Made by a program: the position numbers and the translations under genes. Below the pieces are notes generated by a model that made no database searches, was not told the origin of the DNA, and worked only from the letters and a program-made list of their open reading frames with translations. Below are positions 10,150 through 21,267 of a stretch of 64,000 bases of DNA, piece by piece (within the stretch, counting starts at the first letter, position 1; each line of letters starts with the position of its first letter). Source of the stretch: Candidatus Bathyarchaeota archaeon (lineage in GTDB: Archaea > Thermoproteota > Bathyarchaeia > Bathyarchaeales > Bathyarchaeaceae); assembly GCA_963697165.1 (NCBI GenBank), contig CAVOMX010000012.1, positions 32,001 through 96,000 on the forward strand. The letters run 5' to 3'.

Positions 10150-11171
10150 TTATGATGGGGCTGCTTTGGCGGGGATTTTTAGCCGTTTTTCGATTTCTCT
10201 GGCGAAGATGTTGGCTGCCTCGGACCTGTGCCTGTCAGTTATGACCAATTTTGGATTGCATCGTTCCACATACTCTAGCAGTTCATTAAAGTCAGAGTGG
10301 TCACTCAACGCAACAACGTACTCGTTTGCTCCGACCCTTCGGCACGGCTTCCTAAACTCCCAGCCACTCGCATAAATACGCAAGGCTTCTCCCTCGACCT
10401 TTTTCCGCGAATATGAGTGATAAAAGACGACGCAAGGTTCATTTTGGTTTAGCATTGATTGAGAATCTTTGTCAGTCAAATTGTAGAAGCTGTTTCCCCA
10501 GTTTCATTCCGTGCTGTTCACAAACCTTTGAAACATTGAAAATGTTTTCTGGAACAATAAAGGGCACCTTTATTTTTGCCTCGTAAAGTGATTCGCATCA
10601 TCTTCTGTAGCTTGCCATGATACCCAAAAAGGTATACTGGTCCTCGTTTCAACCCCTGCTCCACCAAAGAGACAAGCATGCCTTCGACCATCATGCTAAA
10701 CGGTCTGACGCGAACAGGGTCACCATAGGTAGCTTCCATGACCAGTATGTCCGTTTCTACTAGGGGTGTTCGGGAAAATCTGAAGTCGCTAGTGTATAGT
10801 ATCCGAGTCTGTTCCTTATCCTCGACAAGAGCCTGGGCTGTTCCCAAGATGTGGTCTGCATAATGCAAAGTTAATGTTTCATCCTCATACGTCAAGGCTT
10901 CCCCATAATCGAGAGTTTTCACGGTTCCCCTAGTTAACCAGCGGGGACCTTTCAGTGCGTCTATCAGGTCTCTTGTGGCAGGAGTCATAACCACTACTTC
11001 ACAGTTCTTTAGGCTCTTTCCTAGCCCAACCATATGGTCAGCGTGGGCATGAGTAACCACTCTTATTGGTCTAGACTCGCCGTAAGCGTCGCATGCAACG
11101 TGCTTTCCTAAAAGAACTGCACCCAACTTGGTCACATTAGCCTTTGAGTGAATACGCGACGCCTCAGACAA
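10150..11171 (-). CDS. Metallo-beta-lactamase/beta-CASP-type nuclease (split by frameshifts)
   Basis: THAHADH, DHILG, YTSDF and MEATYG in the 5' ORF; ALSDHSDF and VITD in the 3' ORF. Confidence 0.85.
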
Positions 11172-11331
11172 TTTCAGTTTCTCCGATCGACTGAAACTGT
11201 TTCTTATAGGAAGCTTTTAAAAGGTTCTTGAAATGTTTCTGCCTAAATCTGTCTGTTCCTCGTTTACGTTGGCTGTCCTCAAAGTTTTTTACTAAAAAAC
11301 GTTTGTCGGCTAAACATTTTTTGCATATTTA

Positions 11332-11937
11332 TTAGTCGTCTCTTGGACTTAGCATGCAGTCCACCATTTTTGGGCATACCAAGCACCCTTGAGGGATGGG
11401 CACGTCTTTTGGTCGGTTAGCCAAGTATCCGAAAGTTTGTGGGCAACCTGACGACGCGACTTCTTTGTTGATAGATGACTCGGGTTTCTGTTCCTCTTTA
11501 TTTGATTTCGGGTTCTGTTTTGTGGTTTATCTTTTTGCACTTCTTCTTTTGTGACTGCGGGTTCAGCTTTAAGTTGCTTTGTTTTCTCTTTCTTCTCTTT
11601 TTTGATGTCCGCTAGTGTTGGGAATCAAAGCTTTAACTTTCTTGAAGAAGTTGGGACCTGAATCTTTTACCTTTTCTAGAACAGTGTTTTCGGACTAGAA
11701 TTGTTGCTGTTTCCTCTTCTTCTTCTGTATCTGTTGCTTCTTCTTGTACAATGGTTGGTTCTGGAACTTGCTTCGTATGATGGACGCTTCTTGTTCCAGT
11801 TTGGCAAAGCAGTAGGGGCAAGCTTCGTACTGTTTTGGCGGTGTGACAGAGAGGATAGTTAATAGTAAGGGTTCTTCGACTTCCCTTTGACATCTTGGAT
11901 TTGGACAAACAACCACTACGGCTTCTTCCGTCAATCT
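11332..11937 (-). CDS. Cys-rich protein: N-terminal Zn-ribbon, charged linker, C-terminal Cys motif (split by frameshifts)
   Basis: N-terminal CPNPRC...CPYC. My minus-strand translation of the 3' end is GCPQTFGYLANRPKDVPIPQGCLVCPKMVDCMLSPRDD*, with the stop at 11332-11334. Confidence 0.65.
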
Positions 11938-12235
11938 TACTGCATCTCGAATGTTCTTTGATAAATAGGCTCTGTTCAGGATATTTAGGTTTAATGAATC
12001 CAAAATCTAGACACCCAATATTCCACAAAAACGTTTTTTTCCGTTTTTAATCCCATTTTTGAGGCTTATTTTCTGTGATTAGAACAGGATTTTCCGAAGT
12101 TCCAACATTAACGTTCTACAATTCAATAAACGTAATAGCTAATTTTCTGATTAGATTTAAATCATTGGTAGCCTAAGTTTCTGTTTGAGGGCTTAATCAT
12201 CAATAAATTAGAAGTCTTTGTCTAGGTGAAATGTT

Positions 12236-13690
12236 ATGGTTTTGCGAGTTTTCAACACAATGAGCGGACAACTAGAAGAGTTTAAGCCATTACATGATAA
12301 GCAAGTAGGCTTGTACGTTTGTGGACCCACCGTCTATGACTGGGCTCATCTAGGTCACGCCAGAACATACATCGCCTTTGACGTTATTGTTCGCTGGTTG
12401 GAGTTTAAGGGCTACTCGGTCTTCTACGTTCAGAACATCACGGATGTGGGTCACCTGACCACAGACACATCTGAAGACAAAATTGGGAAAAGGGCGAAAG
12501 AACGGAGAGTTGAGCCCATGCAGTTGGTTGAATTTTACATGCGAGAATACTTCAAAGACCTCGATTCTTTGGACGTGAAACGACCAGACATTTCTCCCAG
12601 AGCCACAGGGCACCTCCTTGAAATGATTGAGGCAATCCAGTCTCTGATACAGAAGGGAATCGCCTACGAGGTTAACGGAAATGTGTTCTTTGACGTATCA
12701 AAACTGGATGACTACGGCAAACTGTCCAAGATTAAGATTGACGAAACGCTTGAGGGCTCCAGATTCGAGGTTCACCAAGATAAAAGAAATGCAAGAGACT
12801 TTGCGCTTTGGAAAAGAGCAACGCAAGACACTGTTCTCAAGTGGTGGAGTCCATGGGGTATCGGTTTTCCGGGGTGGCACATCGAGTGTGCGATTATGGG
12901 CTTGAAGTATTTGGGAAACCAGTTTGATATTCACGGTGGGGCTCGTGACCTGATTTTTCCTCATCATGAGAACGAGATTGCCCAGAGTGAGGCTATGACT
13001 GGAAAGAAGCCTTTTGTTAAGTATTGGCTGCATACGGGTTTTCTTAAGATTAATGGGGAAAAGATGGCTAAGTCGTTAGGGAACTACATAACTGTTCGTG
13101 AGGCGTTGAAGAAGTATTCTGCTGAGGCTATCCGTCTCTTTGTTTTGTCTACTCATTACAGGAGTGAGATAGATTTTACTGATGAGCGGCTAAAGGGTGC
13201 TGAAACCAGCTTGAATAGGCTCTATAACGCTTTGGAGTCTTTGGAGGATGCCAAGAATGTTTCGGTGAAACGAGAACCAAATACGGTTGAGCGTCTGTTT
13301 GGCGAGAATGTGGAGAAACTTAGGAGCGAATTTGTGAAGGCCATGGATGAAGATTTTAACACTCCGCAGGCGTTAGCTGCCCTCTTTGAGTTGTCGAAGG
13401 AGATTAACAGGTTTCTTGACGAACAGAAACAAGTGAGCACAAAGATTGTGGAACAAGTTTTTGACAATTTTTCGGAGCTTGGAAAAGCTTTGGGGCTCTT
13501 CCATAGAGAGAAGACCAAGGAAGTTAGCGGGAAGATAACTCATGATCTGGTGAAGCTTCTGTTCGATTTGAGAGAGGAGCTACGCAAGAAGGGAGATTAC
13601 GGCTTGTCGGATGATATAAGAGCTAGAATGAAAGAGTTAGGTTTGGTTATAGAGGATACTGCTGAGGGACCCAAGTGGAAGCTAGTTTAA
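12236..13690 (+). CDS. cysS: Cysteine--tRNA ligase
   Basis: YVCGPTVY, HLGH (HIGH), GWHIEC, DLIFPHHENE, KMAKS. Confidence 0.98.
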   Translation: MVLRVFNTMSGQLEEFKPLHDKQVGLYVCGPTVYDWAHLGHARTYIAFDVIVRWLEFKGYSVFYVQNITDVGHLTTDTSEDKIGKRAKERRVEPMQLVEFYMREYFKDLDSLDVKRPDISPRATGHLLEMIEAIQSLIQKGIAYEVNGNVFFDVSKLDDYGKLSKIKIDETLEGSRFEVHQDKRNARDFALWKRATQDTVLKWWSPWGIGFPGWHIECAIMGLKYLGNQFDIHGGARDLIFPHHENEIAQSEAMTGKKPFVKYWLHTGFLKINGEKMAKSLGNYITVREALKKYSAEAIRLFVLSTHYRSEIDFTDERLKGAETSLNRLYNALESLEDAKNVSVKREPNTVERLFGENVEKLRSEFVKAMDEDFNTPQALAALFELSKEINRFLDEQKQVSTKIVEQVFDNFSELGKALGLFHREKTKEVSGKITHDLVKLLFDLREELRKKGDYGLSDDIRARMKELGLVIEDTAEGPKWKLV

Positions 13691-14869
13691 ACAATGTTTA
13701 CGACTCTGTTATCATTCATTTCAGCGGAGAACTTTGGCTCAAAAAGCTTTGGACCAGAAAATATTATGAGAAGCGTCTTGCCAGAAATCTTAAGACAAAC
13801 ATTGAAGCATTACAATGTTCCCTACAGCGAGCTTGTTCGTAGACACGGCAGATTCTACCTGAAAACGGATTCGGCAGTGGAGGCGGCGAATAAGCTGGCG
13901 CGTGTTTTTGGGATTTCTTCGGTTTCTCCTGCAGTTGAAACAAGTTCTAAACTTGAGGATGTAATCGAGAAAAGCCTGTTCGTGGCGGGTATCGCGTTAG
14001 AGGAGGGAAACAGTTTTGCTGTTAGATGTAAACGTGTTGGCAAACTAGAATATTCAAGTGCTGACGTCCGCAAATTGTTGGGTCAGAGGGTTTTGGATGA
14101 GTTTGGGGAGAAACTGGGATTAAGGGTTGATTTGGGTAATCCTGACGTTGTTTTAGGCGTTGAAATTAGGGATAACGAAGCTTTTGTTTATTCGCAGACT
14201 GTTGAGGCTGTTGGCGGTATGCCTCTTGGTGTTCAGCCGAAACTTGTTGGCTTGTTTAGTGGAGGAATAGATTCGGCTGTTGGGTGCTGGCTGGTTATGA
14301 AACGAGGCAGCCCAGTTGTGCTTGTTTATTTTGACAATAGTCCATTCACGGATGAAACCACAACAGAACGAGCCTATCGGGTTGCTGAGGTGCTGTTCAG
14401 TTGGGCTATTGGGTTTCCAAGAAAGGTTTACGTGGTTCAGCATGGCGAAAACCTGAAACAAATCATGCAAACTAACAGGAAATATTCGTGTTTGCTCTGT
14501 AAACGTATGATGTATCGGGTTGCTGAACGGCTGGCAGAACAGTTGAGGACTGAGGGAATCGTTACGGGAGAAGCCATAGGCGAGCAGGCTAGCCAGACCT
14601 TAACTAACCTGAGAGTGCTGGACTCTGTCGTTAAAAAATATCCTGTTCATAGACCTCTGCTGGGTTTTGACAAGCAAGAAACTGAGGCAATTGGAAGAAA
14701 GATTGGGACTTATGAGCCTTCGAGCAAGAAGGCGGCACCATGCACAGCAGTTCCCTATCAGCCATCTACAAAAGCGAAGATAGAAGAAGTTCTCAAGGCG
14801 GAGGAGAAGCTGGACATAGAAGCGATGGTTGAGCGGTCGCTGGAGTCAATCAAAATCGTTGAACTATAA
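13675..14869 (+). CDS. thiI: tRNA 4-thiouridine synthase ThiI (THUMP + PP-loop, CxxC type, no rhodanese domain); one frameshift near 13792
   Basis: The true N-terminus is in another frame from GTG 13675 (..YDSVIIHFSGELWLKK..YEKRLARNL). Also SGGIDS, CLLCKRMMY, TGEAIGEQASQT and RPLLG.DK. Confidence 0.92.
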
Positions 14870-14871
14870 AC

Positions 14872-15216
14872 TTAAGATCTGCCTTCTTTTTGTTTAAGCC
14901 ATTGTTCTGTTCCAACTTCTTTTCTTTTGAGGAGGTCGCTTTGTCGTGCAACAAGAGCCTTCTCTGCCTCTTCATCACTTAACTATGGGTCACCTAACGA
15001 CAAGAATGTTTCACAGGGTAGTTCACTGCATAAACCGCAATGCTCCAACTGTTTCGTGTTAACGCAGCAGTTGTATAGAGGGCATGATTCAACTTTCATC
15101 ATGGTGGTCCAAAATGGTTTGCCTTCTTGATTGCCGCATCCTCTACATTTTGTGTTTAAGTGTTCACAGGCGCCACAAAACAGTTCGCAAACGGCCGCCA
15201 AGTTTTTGTCAACCAT
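14872..15216 (-). CDS. DUF3795-type Cys-rich protein (frameshift near 14983)
   Basis: CELFCGAC...CRGC...CPLYNCC...HCGLCSELPC; the frame continues after the shift as SDEEAEKALVARQSDL..EQWL. Confidence 0.75.
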
Positions 15217-15302
15217 ATAATTTGCGCCCCTATCTTTGGTGGTGCTCACAAGTTTAATATGCAGTTTGTGCTTTCAAGAAAATGAAAGTGGTGGACTAAG
15301 TT

Positions 15303-15731
15303 ATGGAGTTTAAGGATTGTGTCAAGTTTGCTAACGAAAATCCAGTGAGTTATATTGTCAACGGTTGAAGGGTGATCAGCTGCAGGTAGAGGCTTTTTTA
15401 TGTGGTATGCTGATGAGTCTGGCTTTAATTTTCACACAGGTGCAATGAAACCGGTGTATAGTCAGTTGAAACAGAATCCTAAGGTTGAATTGTGCTTTTA
15501 CAATCCGAGATGAGAAGGATGGGGTTATGATGAGGGTAAAGGGAACTGTTGAATTCTTAAATGATGTAGAGTTAAAGGGAAAGTTGGTTGAAGAGAGGCA
15601 ATTTTTGAAAGCTTGAGGCTTTACTGCTGAAAAGCCCCGATTTAGTTATTTTCAGAATCTCCAAAGGCGAAGCCTATTTCTGGAATATGGAAACCAATTT
15701 TGAGGTTAAGAAAGCAATCAAATTCGGATAA
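15303..15731 (+). pseudogene. Pyridoxamine 5'-phosphate oxidase-like (FMN split-barrel) pseudogene
   Basis: My translation: MEFKDCVKFANENP.., FHTGAMKPVYSQLKQNPKVELCFY, MMRVKGTVEF, with several in-frame stops and frameshifts. Confidence 0.8.
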
Positions 15732-16145
15732 AACTAGAAACGCAAACCAGCCAAACTTGTTATCGGCTTAGTTTGTGGATAAGAAAAACCGTTTATTTTG
15801 TGTGGCTTCATGCGGCTACGCAGACAGTCCACAATGTTTCTACTCTTCTACAGACGTCGCATCTGTGTTGTATCATGTAGCCTAATTCTTTGTCTACTTT
15901 CATTTCTGAATTACAGTCAGAACATTTCATTTCTTTATTCACCTCCAATTTTGTTTATCTAACCTTTCTGTGGTTAGTATTTCTTCAAGGGTTTCAATAC
16001 GTAAGCGAAAAATATATTCATATACCCCGTAAACTATATAGACTATAGAACTTCTCTGAACCAGCAACACCAACCAAACAACGAAAAAAGAAAAGTGAAT
16101 ATGCACCCCAAAAGCTGACAGAATCGAGTTCAGACTGCTATGTGA

Positions 16146-16288
16146 GTTTACCTCCTCGTAAGCACCGACAATGACCGAGCCATCCACGTGTTCAAGAAAT
16201 CGGGTTTTGAAATAGAAGGAAAACTGTGGAAAGAAACTACGTCAACGGCAAATACAGAAACGATTACAGAATGGCACTTTTCATATAA
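16146..16288 (+). pseudogene. C-terminal remnant of a RimJ/RimL-type GNAT acetyltransferase
   Basis: My translation: VYLLVSTDNDRAIHVFKKSGFEIEGKLWKE/NYVNGKYRNDYRMALFI*, matching the N..A...Y/F.K.GF..EG motif; the 5' part is missing. Confidence 0.75.
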
Positions 16289-16376
16289 CCACTGATGGAC
16301 AAAAACAAAACTTGTTTACTTGTTGAAGTTGAATCGGTAAACTCCTTAAGTGCTCTTTCACAGTTAATGTTTAGTT

Positions 16377-17277
16377 ATGTCAGCCGTTAGTATTGCTGTG
16401 CGAGCCTTTCGTAAACTCGAACCTAGAAGACCTTCAGTTTACTGGAAGCCATAGAGCAGCAGATGAGAAATTATGAGTATGCACCAAAAGATGCAATCCA
16501 AAAGCAATCAGAGCTTCCGCTTTCAGAAATAGATTATCGATTACCGAATCTCACAAAAAATCGGCTATTGAAGGGTTGGCAAGGAAAATATCTTGGCTAC
16601 AGCCTCACAACAGCAGGATACGACACCCTAGCCATAAACGCCCTAGTGAAAGCAGACATAATCGAAGCCTTCGGCAAACCCCTAGGAGTAGGAAAAGAAT
16701 CAGACGTCTACAACGCCCTTGGACCAGATGAAAAGCAGTTGGCACTTAAATTCCATCGTATAGGCAGAACCAGCTTCAAAAAAACCAAACTCAAACGAAA
16801 CTACACGGTCAAATACAGCTACACTCCCGACTGGAACCACCAATCCAGAATCGCAGCCAAAAAAGAGTACGTTGCCCTGAAGCTGCTGTATGTAAGGGCG
16901 TGGCGGTTCCTGAGCCAATCAAACAGACCCGACACGTCTTGGTCATGAGCATGATAGAAGGCGCAGAGCTTTACCATTACCCCAAACTGCCAGACGCACA
17001 GACCGTCCTAAACGAGATACTTTTCAACATAAGAAAGACTTACCAAGACGTCAACATGATACATGGAGACCTCAGCCCATACAACATCATACTTCAGCCA
17101 AACATGCATATTCTCATAATCGACTGGCCACAAAACGTCTCCACAAAGCACCCAAACGCAAAGGAACTGCTAGAACGAGACATACAAAATGTTCTAACCT
17201 TTTTCCAAAGAAAATATGGACTAGAAACCAAGCTGCAAGATGCCCTAACTTACGTCACAGAAGATTCCGAAAACTAA
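16377..17277 (+). CDS. rio2: RIO2-type serine kinase (split by frameshifts)
   Basis: N-terminal wHTH with GYSLTTAGYD, GVGKESDVY, KFHRIGRTSF, IHGDLSPYNI, IIDWPQ. Confidence 0.92.
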
Positions 17278-17319
17278 CGTAACGACGCAAGATTGAACGA
17301 GTCCAGCAGCAGTATGGTC

Positions 17320-17562
17320 TTACTTTTCGTGAGGCATGTCGACACAGATGTACAGTATGTTGTTTCCTCTAAGGAGTATGCTTCCGTAGTTTGCAGTCAA
17401 TTGGTCATCAACACGCTCGGTAGCTTTCTCCAGCAGCACATTCATGTGGCTGTCACACCGAACCATTGTACCTCTATATTCAACTCCATTCTTTAGGACA
17501 ATAGCTACAAAACTGTTCAACTGTTTAGTCAATGCATTCAAGGGTTTTCTACTTGGCTCCAA
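17320..17562 (-). CDS. Sm-like (LSm/SmAP) RNA-binding protein
   Basis: LKNG..YRG....D.HMNVLL and G.ILLRGNNILYI (Sm1/Sm2 motifs). Confidence 0.95.
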   Translation of the reverse strand: MEPSRKPLNALTKQLNSFVAIVLKNGVEYRGTMVRCDSHMNVLLEKATERVDDQLTANYGSILLRGNNILYICVDMPHEK

Positions 17563-17726
17563 TGAATCACCAGCAATAGACCTACTAACATAAGTGTCGA
17601 TTTATAAAAGTTATGAGCAAAGAATAAAAAGAAGAAACTGCTGATTGGAGCCGCTGCCCCAAAAGACAGCCTTACAGAACAAAAACCAGAACCGTTTTTA
17701 GCCCAGGATGTTCCTTAAACGTTTCA

Positions 17727-18452
17727 TCAACAAGCTGTCGGATCCAGCTTCTCGTATGCTTCGGTGCTGAGAACATCATACCAGAAGGCTTTTGACACAT
17801 ATCCGTAAACGGGCTTGTCACATTTTATGAGATGCGGCAGCACTTCTCCCATCAGATCCAGTTCGGGTTTATCTCCCTTCAACTGTTTCATCACCTCAAG
17901 GGTCTCGCCCTTCAGTATGGAGATTCCTACACTCACTGGCTTTTCTAAAGTCGGCTTCTCCTCAAATCCCAGAACCTTTCCTTCCGAACTCAGATTTGCC
18001 AATCCAACTCGGACTTTGAAGCCCGATGACAATGCAACAGTACCCCACGCCTTTTTGTCTTTGTGATACTGCAGCAGGTCTGTGAGATTCATGTTTGTTA
18101 CGATGTCCCCGTAATATACAAACAAAGTGTCCTTTGGGCTCACCGCGCCCTTATTGTAGGCTGTCAGCACTGCACCTGCTGTTCCCTTTGAAGAAGCATC
18201 ATCTTCTACGTAGGTGATGTTCACACCAAATCTGGAGCCATCCTCAAAGTAATTCATGATCTGTTCTGATTTGTAGTTGACCAGAAAAACTAGGTCTTTG
18301 ATTCCGTGAAAACGGAACAGGCGAACCACATATTCTAGAAGCGGCTTCTGTTTCAATCCCACAGGAACCATAGTTTTCTGGATATAATTTGTAAGTGGTC
18401 TAAGGCGTGTGCCTTTTCCTCCACAAAGAACTATTCCCTTAACTTTGCTCAT
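17727..18452 (-). CDS. Sugar-1-phosphate nucleotidyltransferase (NTP_transferase family)
   Basis: LCGGKGTRLRPLT, GTAGA, YGDI, FEEKP, WYDV; the C-terminus is probably frameshifted. Confidence 0.9.
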   Translation of the reverse strand: MSKVKGIVLCGGKGTRLRPLTNYIQKTMVPVGLKQKPLLEYVVRLFRFHGIKDLVFLVNYKSEQIMNYFEDGSRFGVNITYVEDDASSKGTAGAVLTAYNKGAVSPKDTLFVYYGDIVTNMNLTDLLQYHKDKKAWGTVALSSGFKVRVGLANLSSEGKVLGFEEKPTLEKPVSVGISILKGETLEVMKQLKGDKPELDLMGEVLPHLIKCDKPVYGYVSKAFWYDVLSTEAYEKLDPTAC

Positions 18453-18505
18453 TTGAAACACTACCAAAATATGAAAGAAAAAGGAAGAAAATAGAGTTTA
18501 TGTTT

Positions 18506-18784
18506 TTACTCTGTTGTGCTCTCGGATTCAATCTCTTCGATTGGTCTCGGAGGCGGAGTAGTTCCCATTGTCCAGCCAATCCATGCTCCTATCGCTAGGA
18601 CTGCGACAAAAGCGATCAGCACTGGAACTGCAATCAACCAGAATTGGACGTCAGATGCAAGTCCCAAGTCAATAATTGGTTTAACTAACTGTTCGTAACC
18701 AAAGAGTGTGACAATGTATCCGACAATGACTACAGCACAGACCAGAAAGATTACCCATCCGATAGCTTGATCTTTACTAACCAT
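18506..18784 (-). CDS. Conserved two-TM archaeal membrane protein
   Basis: MVSKDQAIG... and WIGWTMGTTPPPRPIEEIE. Confidence 0.8.
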   Translation of the reverse strand: MVSKDQAIGWVIFLVCAVVIVGYIVTLFGYEQLVKPIIDLGLASDVQFWLIAVPVLIAFVAVLAIGAWIGWTMGTTPPPRPIEEIESESTTE

Positions 18785-18847
18785 TCTATTATTCACCACG
18801 ATGTAGCCAACTCTATCTAGAACCATATTATAAGCTTTATTGTCAAA

Positions 18848-20110
18848 TCAGATAGTTCCTGCATCCCAAGTAGCCAAATACTTCTTCTGCTCGTCTGTAA
18901 GCACATCAATTTCCACGTTTATAGCCTTCAACTTCAGACCCGCCACAAGCTCATCTATCTCCTTGGGCACACGGTAAACTCTAGTTTCCAGTCCCCTGTT
19001 TTTGATCAGATACTCTGTTGACAGCGCCTGATTCGCGAAGGACATGTCCATAACCTCTGACGGATGCCCCTCTGCCGCGGCAAGATTCACAAGCCTGCCC
19101 TCAGCCAGCAAATGAAGTTTTCTTCCATCCGCAAGAGTGTACTCTTCCAAGTTTGGTCTTAGCGTTCTCTTGGACTTGGACATCTTCTCCAAGTCAGGTA
19201 TGTTGATTTCGACGTTGAAGTGTCCGCTGTTGGCGATTATGGCGCCATCTTTCATCTTCTGCATGTGCTCTTTTCTGATAACGCCCTTGTTTCCTGTGAG
19301 CGTCACGAAAACATCTCCAATCTCAGCAGCTTTATCCATGGGCATAACTTGGAAGCCATCCATCACCGCTTCCAGAGCCTTTGTGGGGTCAATCTCTGTG
19401 ACTACTACTTTGGCTCCCATGCCTTTGGCTCTCATGGCTAAGCCTCTGCCGCACCATCCGTAACCTGCAACAACAAAGTTTTTTGCAGCCAGCAAGATGC
19501 TTGTGGCACGTAATATTCCGTCTATTGTGCTTTGTCCGGTGCCGTATCGGTTGTCAAACAGGTATTTGGTGTATGCATCGTTTACGGCTATTATTGGGTA
19601 TTTGAGTGCGTTGTCCTGTTCCATGGCTCTTAATCTTATGACTCCTGTGGTGGTTTCTTCGGTTCCTCCAATTACATTCTTTAACAGTTCTGTTCGTTCC
19701 TTGTGGAGGGTGCCCACAACGTCGGCGCCGTCATCTAACGTTACTTGGGGTTTATAGTCCAGTGACTTGTTTATGCACCAGAAGTATTCTTCGGTTGTTT
19801 GGTCGCGCCAAGCATAAACGTTTATTCCTTTAGTGGCGAGGTATGCTGCCACTTCGTCTTGGGTAGAAAGAGGATTTGAGCCACAAAGGGCAATTGTTGC
19901 GCCTCCAGCCTTGAGAGTTTCTGCAAGAACTGCGGTTTCTTTGGTTACATGCAGACATGCACCAATAGTGATATTTGCTAAGGGTTTCTCTTTTTGGAAT
20001 CTGCTTCTAATCTGAGCTAATACGGGCATGTGCTTTGCTGCCCATTCAACAAGTAATGCTCCTTGAGGAGCCAAGTTTATGTCTTTAACTTTATAATCTG
20101 CCATCAGCAT
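18848..20110 (-). CDS. ahcY: Adenosylhomocysteinase
   Basis: [46 protein letters not shown]. Confidence 0.98.
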   Translation of the reverse strand: MLMADYKVKDINLAPQGALLVEWAAKHMPVLAQIRSRFQKEKPLANITIGACLHVTKETAVLAETLKAGGATIALCGSNPLSTQDEVAAYLATKGINVYAWRDQTTEEYFWCINKSLDYKPQVTLDDGADVVGTLHKERTELLKNVIGGTEETTTGVIRLRAMEQDNALKYPIIAVNDAYTKYLFDNRYGTGQSTIDGILRATSILLAAKNFVVAGYGWCGRGLAMRAKGMGAKVVVTEIDPTKALEAVMDGFQVMPMDKAAEIGDVFVTLTGNKGVIRKEHMQKMKDGAIIANSGHFNVEINIPDLEKMSKSKRTLRPNLEEYTLADGRKLHLLAEGRLVNLAAAEGHPSEVMDMSFANQALSTEYLIKNRGLETRVYRVPKEIDELVAGLKLKAINVEIDVLTDEQKKYLATWDAGTI

Positions 20111-20197
20111 CTCCTTCTTTCTGCGTCTACTACAGGTTTAGTGTTATTTTGTTGTTACGGTTAAATGACCCGATGAAAGTTGCTGATTACTTGTTTG

Positions 20198-20473
20198 TTA
20201 CTCAAGCCGTTTGATTATGTGATAGCCGAACTGGGTTTTCACTATTCCAGAGATTTGTCCTTTCTCGAGAGCGAAGGCGACTTGTTCGAATTCCTTCACC
20301 ATCTGTCCGCGACCAAAGGTTCCGAGGTCTCCGCCGCGCTTTTTGGATGGACAGAGCGAAACATCTTTGGCTATGGCTGAAAAGTTTTCTCCCTTCTTTA
20401 ACCGTTCTAAAACTGTGTTTACTTCTTTCTCAGTTTTCACGAGGATATGTGCACAATGAACTTTATTTGACAT
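20198..20473 (-). CDS. ppiC: Parvulin-type peptidyl-prolyl isomerase
   Basis: HILV, S.CPS...GGDLG.F..GQMV..FE, TQFGYHII. Confidence 0.95.
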   Translation of the reverse strand: MSNKVHCAHILVKTEKEVNTVLERLKKGENFSAIAKDVSLCPSKKRGGDLGTFGRGQMVKEFEQVAFALEKGQISGIVKTQFGYHIIKRLE

Positions 20474-20563
20474 AAGAAAAGAATAACCAAAAACGGTTTA
20501 TAACAGTTATTGCGTCCAAACATCAAGGACACCCCAGATTATGTGATGAAACTTGTTAGTCAG

Positions 20564-20573
20564 GCTTAAATAC
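20564..20573 (+). promoter_or_regulatory. Putative TATA box for the riboswitch-thiT transcript
   Basis: GCTTAAATAC about 25-30 nt upstream of the aptamer 5' end. Confidence 0.55.
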
Positions 20574-20598
20574 AAAGAATGGGCTCATTTACTTTAAG

Positions 20599-20698
20599 GT
20601 GTATGGGGAGCTGGGTTAACCCGGCTGAGAGGACAACTGGACTGTTGTCGACCCTAAGAACCTGATCCAGGTAATGCTGGCGGAGGGAAAGAAATGAC
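20599..20698 (+). ncRNA. TPP (THI-box) riboswitch
   Basis: GGGGAGC-[CTGGG ttaa CCCGG]-CTGAGA-[GACAAC/GTTGTC stem]-ACCC-AGAACCTGATCCAGGTAATGCTGGCGGAGGGA matches the TPP consensus and lies immediately 5' of thiT. Confidence 0.95.
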
Positions 20699-21218
20699 AG
20701 AAACTAAACATGGGTTTTCGACAAAAATATTAGCAGAAACAGTTACGTTTGTGGCTCTTGCCACAGTTTTAAGTTACATCAAACTTTTCAGTCTACCACA
20801 AGGAGGCTCCGTAACCGCGGCGTCGATGGTGCCGATTCTTTGGTTGGCGCTGCGAAGAGGACCAAAAGTGGGGCTGTTCGCGGCTACAGTCTATGGCGTA
20901 GTCCAGTTTGCGTTTGGACCCTACATTTTTCATCCCGCACAGGTGCTGCTCGATTATCCAATTGCTTTTGGGTTGTTGGGAATTGCGGGATTCTTCCAGA
21001 ATCGTTCCTTTTTAGGCGCAAGCTTGGGCATAATTGGGCGATTTGTTGCCCACTTCCTTTCGGGCATAATCTTTTTTGCCAGTTACGCGCCTGAGGGAAT
21101 GAATCCTGCAATCTACTCTACGGTATACAATGGAGGCTATCTGCTGGTTGAGCTTGTGATAAGCCTCTACGTCATTTACTTACTACAGGCCAGTAAAGCG
21201 TTGAAAATCTACATGTAA
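20694..21218 (+). CDS. thiT: ECF transporter S component, thiamine ThiT
   Basis: LPQGGSVT, RRGPKVG, HPAQVLLDYP.AF, HFLSGIIFF..YAP, YS.VYNG.Y. Confidence 0.93.
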   Translation: MTETKHGFSTKILAETVTFVALATVLSYIKLFSLPQGGSVTAASMVPILWLALRRGPKVGLFAATVYGVVQFAFGPYIFHPAQVLLDYPIAFGLLGIAGFFQNRSFLGASLGIIGRFVAHFLSGIIFFASYAPEGMNPAIYSTVYNGGYLLVELVISLYVIYLLQASKALKIYM

Positions 21219-21267
21219 TAAGCTGATGACCCACAAGAGTTGGAGATAAACAAAGTTTTTGTTGTTT

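Noticed and set aside
20543..20565. GTGATGA box C-like motif (also similar motifs near 20170 and 21224)
   Set aside because: No properly spaced box D or C'/D' with an identifiable guide sequence
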